In this document: in pieces, positions 63,628-64,000 of the stretch | Layout of the letters: every line of letters begins with the position of its first letter | Numbering within the stretch: the stretch's first letter is position 1 | The notes under the pieces: generated by a model | What the model was told of the DNA's origin: nothing | The model's input: the letters and a program-made list of their open reading frames with translations, nothing else | Databases searched by the model: none | Assembly (NCBI RefSeq): GCF_030144855.1 | Contig: NC_082728.1 | Span: 43,090,001-43,154,000 of the forward strand | Length of the DNA: 64,000 nucleotides | Direction: 5' to 3' | Source of the DNA: Hypanus sabinus | Lineage: Eukaryota | Position numbers and translations under genes: made by a program

Positions 63628-64000
63628 GTGCTTCTCCCTATAGATGCTTCCTGGCCTGCTGCATTCCACCAGCATTTTGCATGTGTTGCTTGAATTTCCA
63701 GCATCTGCAGATTTCCACGTGTTTTCATTTTTATAGATGCTGCCTGAAACGTGCTGAGTTCCTCCATCATTTTCCATGTGTTATCTTTTATCTTTCAAGT
63801 TTAGTTGACATTAAGATAAGGTGAACCACTACAAGATACTGCTGATAAGTTTTATGAATTAAATCGTAGGGAAACTATAATGTTTGAGAGTTCCTCTCTC
63901 TTCCAATTTTTATTGAAGAGCATCAGGATGAATAAGATGAGGAGATAAATGATAATGCATCAGCATAGAGTTCCAAATCTTTAAAAAATATTGTGGAATA

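Larger units (their letters stand above)
60940..63729 (-). mobile_element. Penelope-like element (Neptune-like), 5' truncated, with a large inverted duplication
   Basis: RT fragment 62219-62662 reads QTKGVAMGTRMGPSYA and LRYIND. A Cys linker PCKWNKCYTC and GIY-YIG VIYCVRCSRCGVLYI are at 61507-61908. An inverted copy 62879-63729 contains the GIY-YIG ORF 62962-63288. pLTRs are at both outer ends. Confidence 0.95.

Noticed and set aside
1-64000. CRISPR array, operon or other prokaryotic/viral system
   Set aside because: No regularly spaced repeat-spacer array and no long intact ORFs; all recognisable coding fragments belong to eukaryotic transposons.

Overview
Eukaryotic, AT-rich DNA made mostly of transposons. 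It is intergenic or intronic, and I recognise no intact host gene, rRNA, tRNA or CRISPR array. The repeat set (CR1 LINEs, V-SINE/HE1-like SINEs, DeuSINE relics, Rex1/Babar and RTE LINEs, Penelope-like elements) suggests a cartilaginous fish, probably a ray or shark; this is an inference. Larger elements are two long decayed CR1 ORF2 copies (1-2480 +, 56466-59110 -), a pogo/Tc2-type transposon (~9490-10759), a complete Buster-type hAT with TIRs and an 8-bp TSD (14650-17254), a decayed Mag-like Gypsy element (~33561-36478), two solo LTRs of one family with 5-bp TSDs, two Tc1 derivatives, and two Penelope (Neptune-like, GIY-YIG) elements. The most interesting signal is a family built on hammerhead ribozymes (HHR). 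Minimal type-I HHR motifs lie in the Penelope pseudo-LTRs (pLTRs). A non-coding, TSD-flanked element at 13356-13713 is built from a 171-bp HHR-containing tandem unit plus an inverted copy, which resembles a retrozyme. Several ~120-180-bp pLTR-only insertions, two with 12-13-bp TSDs, are scattered through the window. Family names come from motif recognition by eye, not database searches, and the boundaries of old fragments are approximate.
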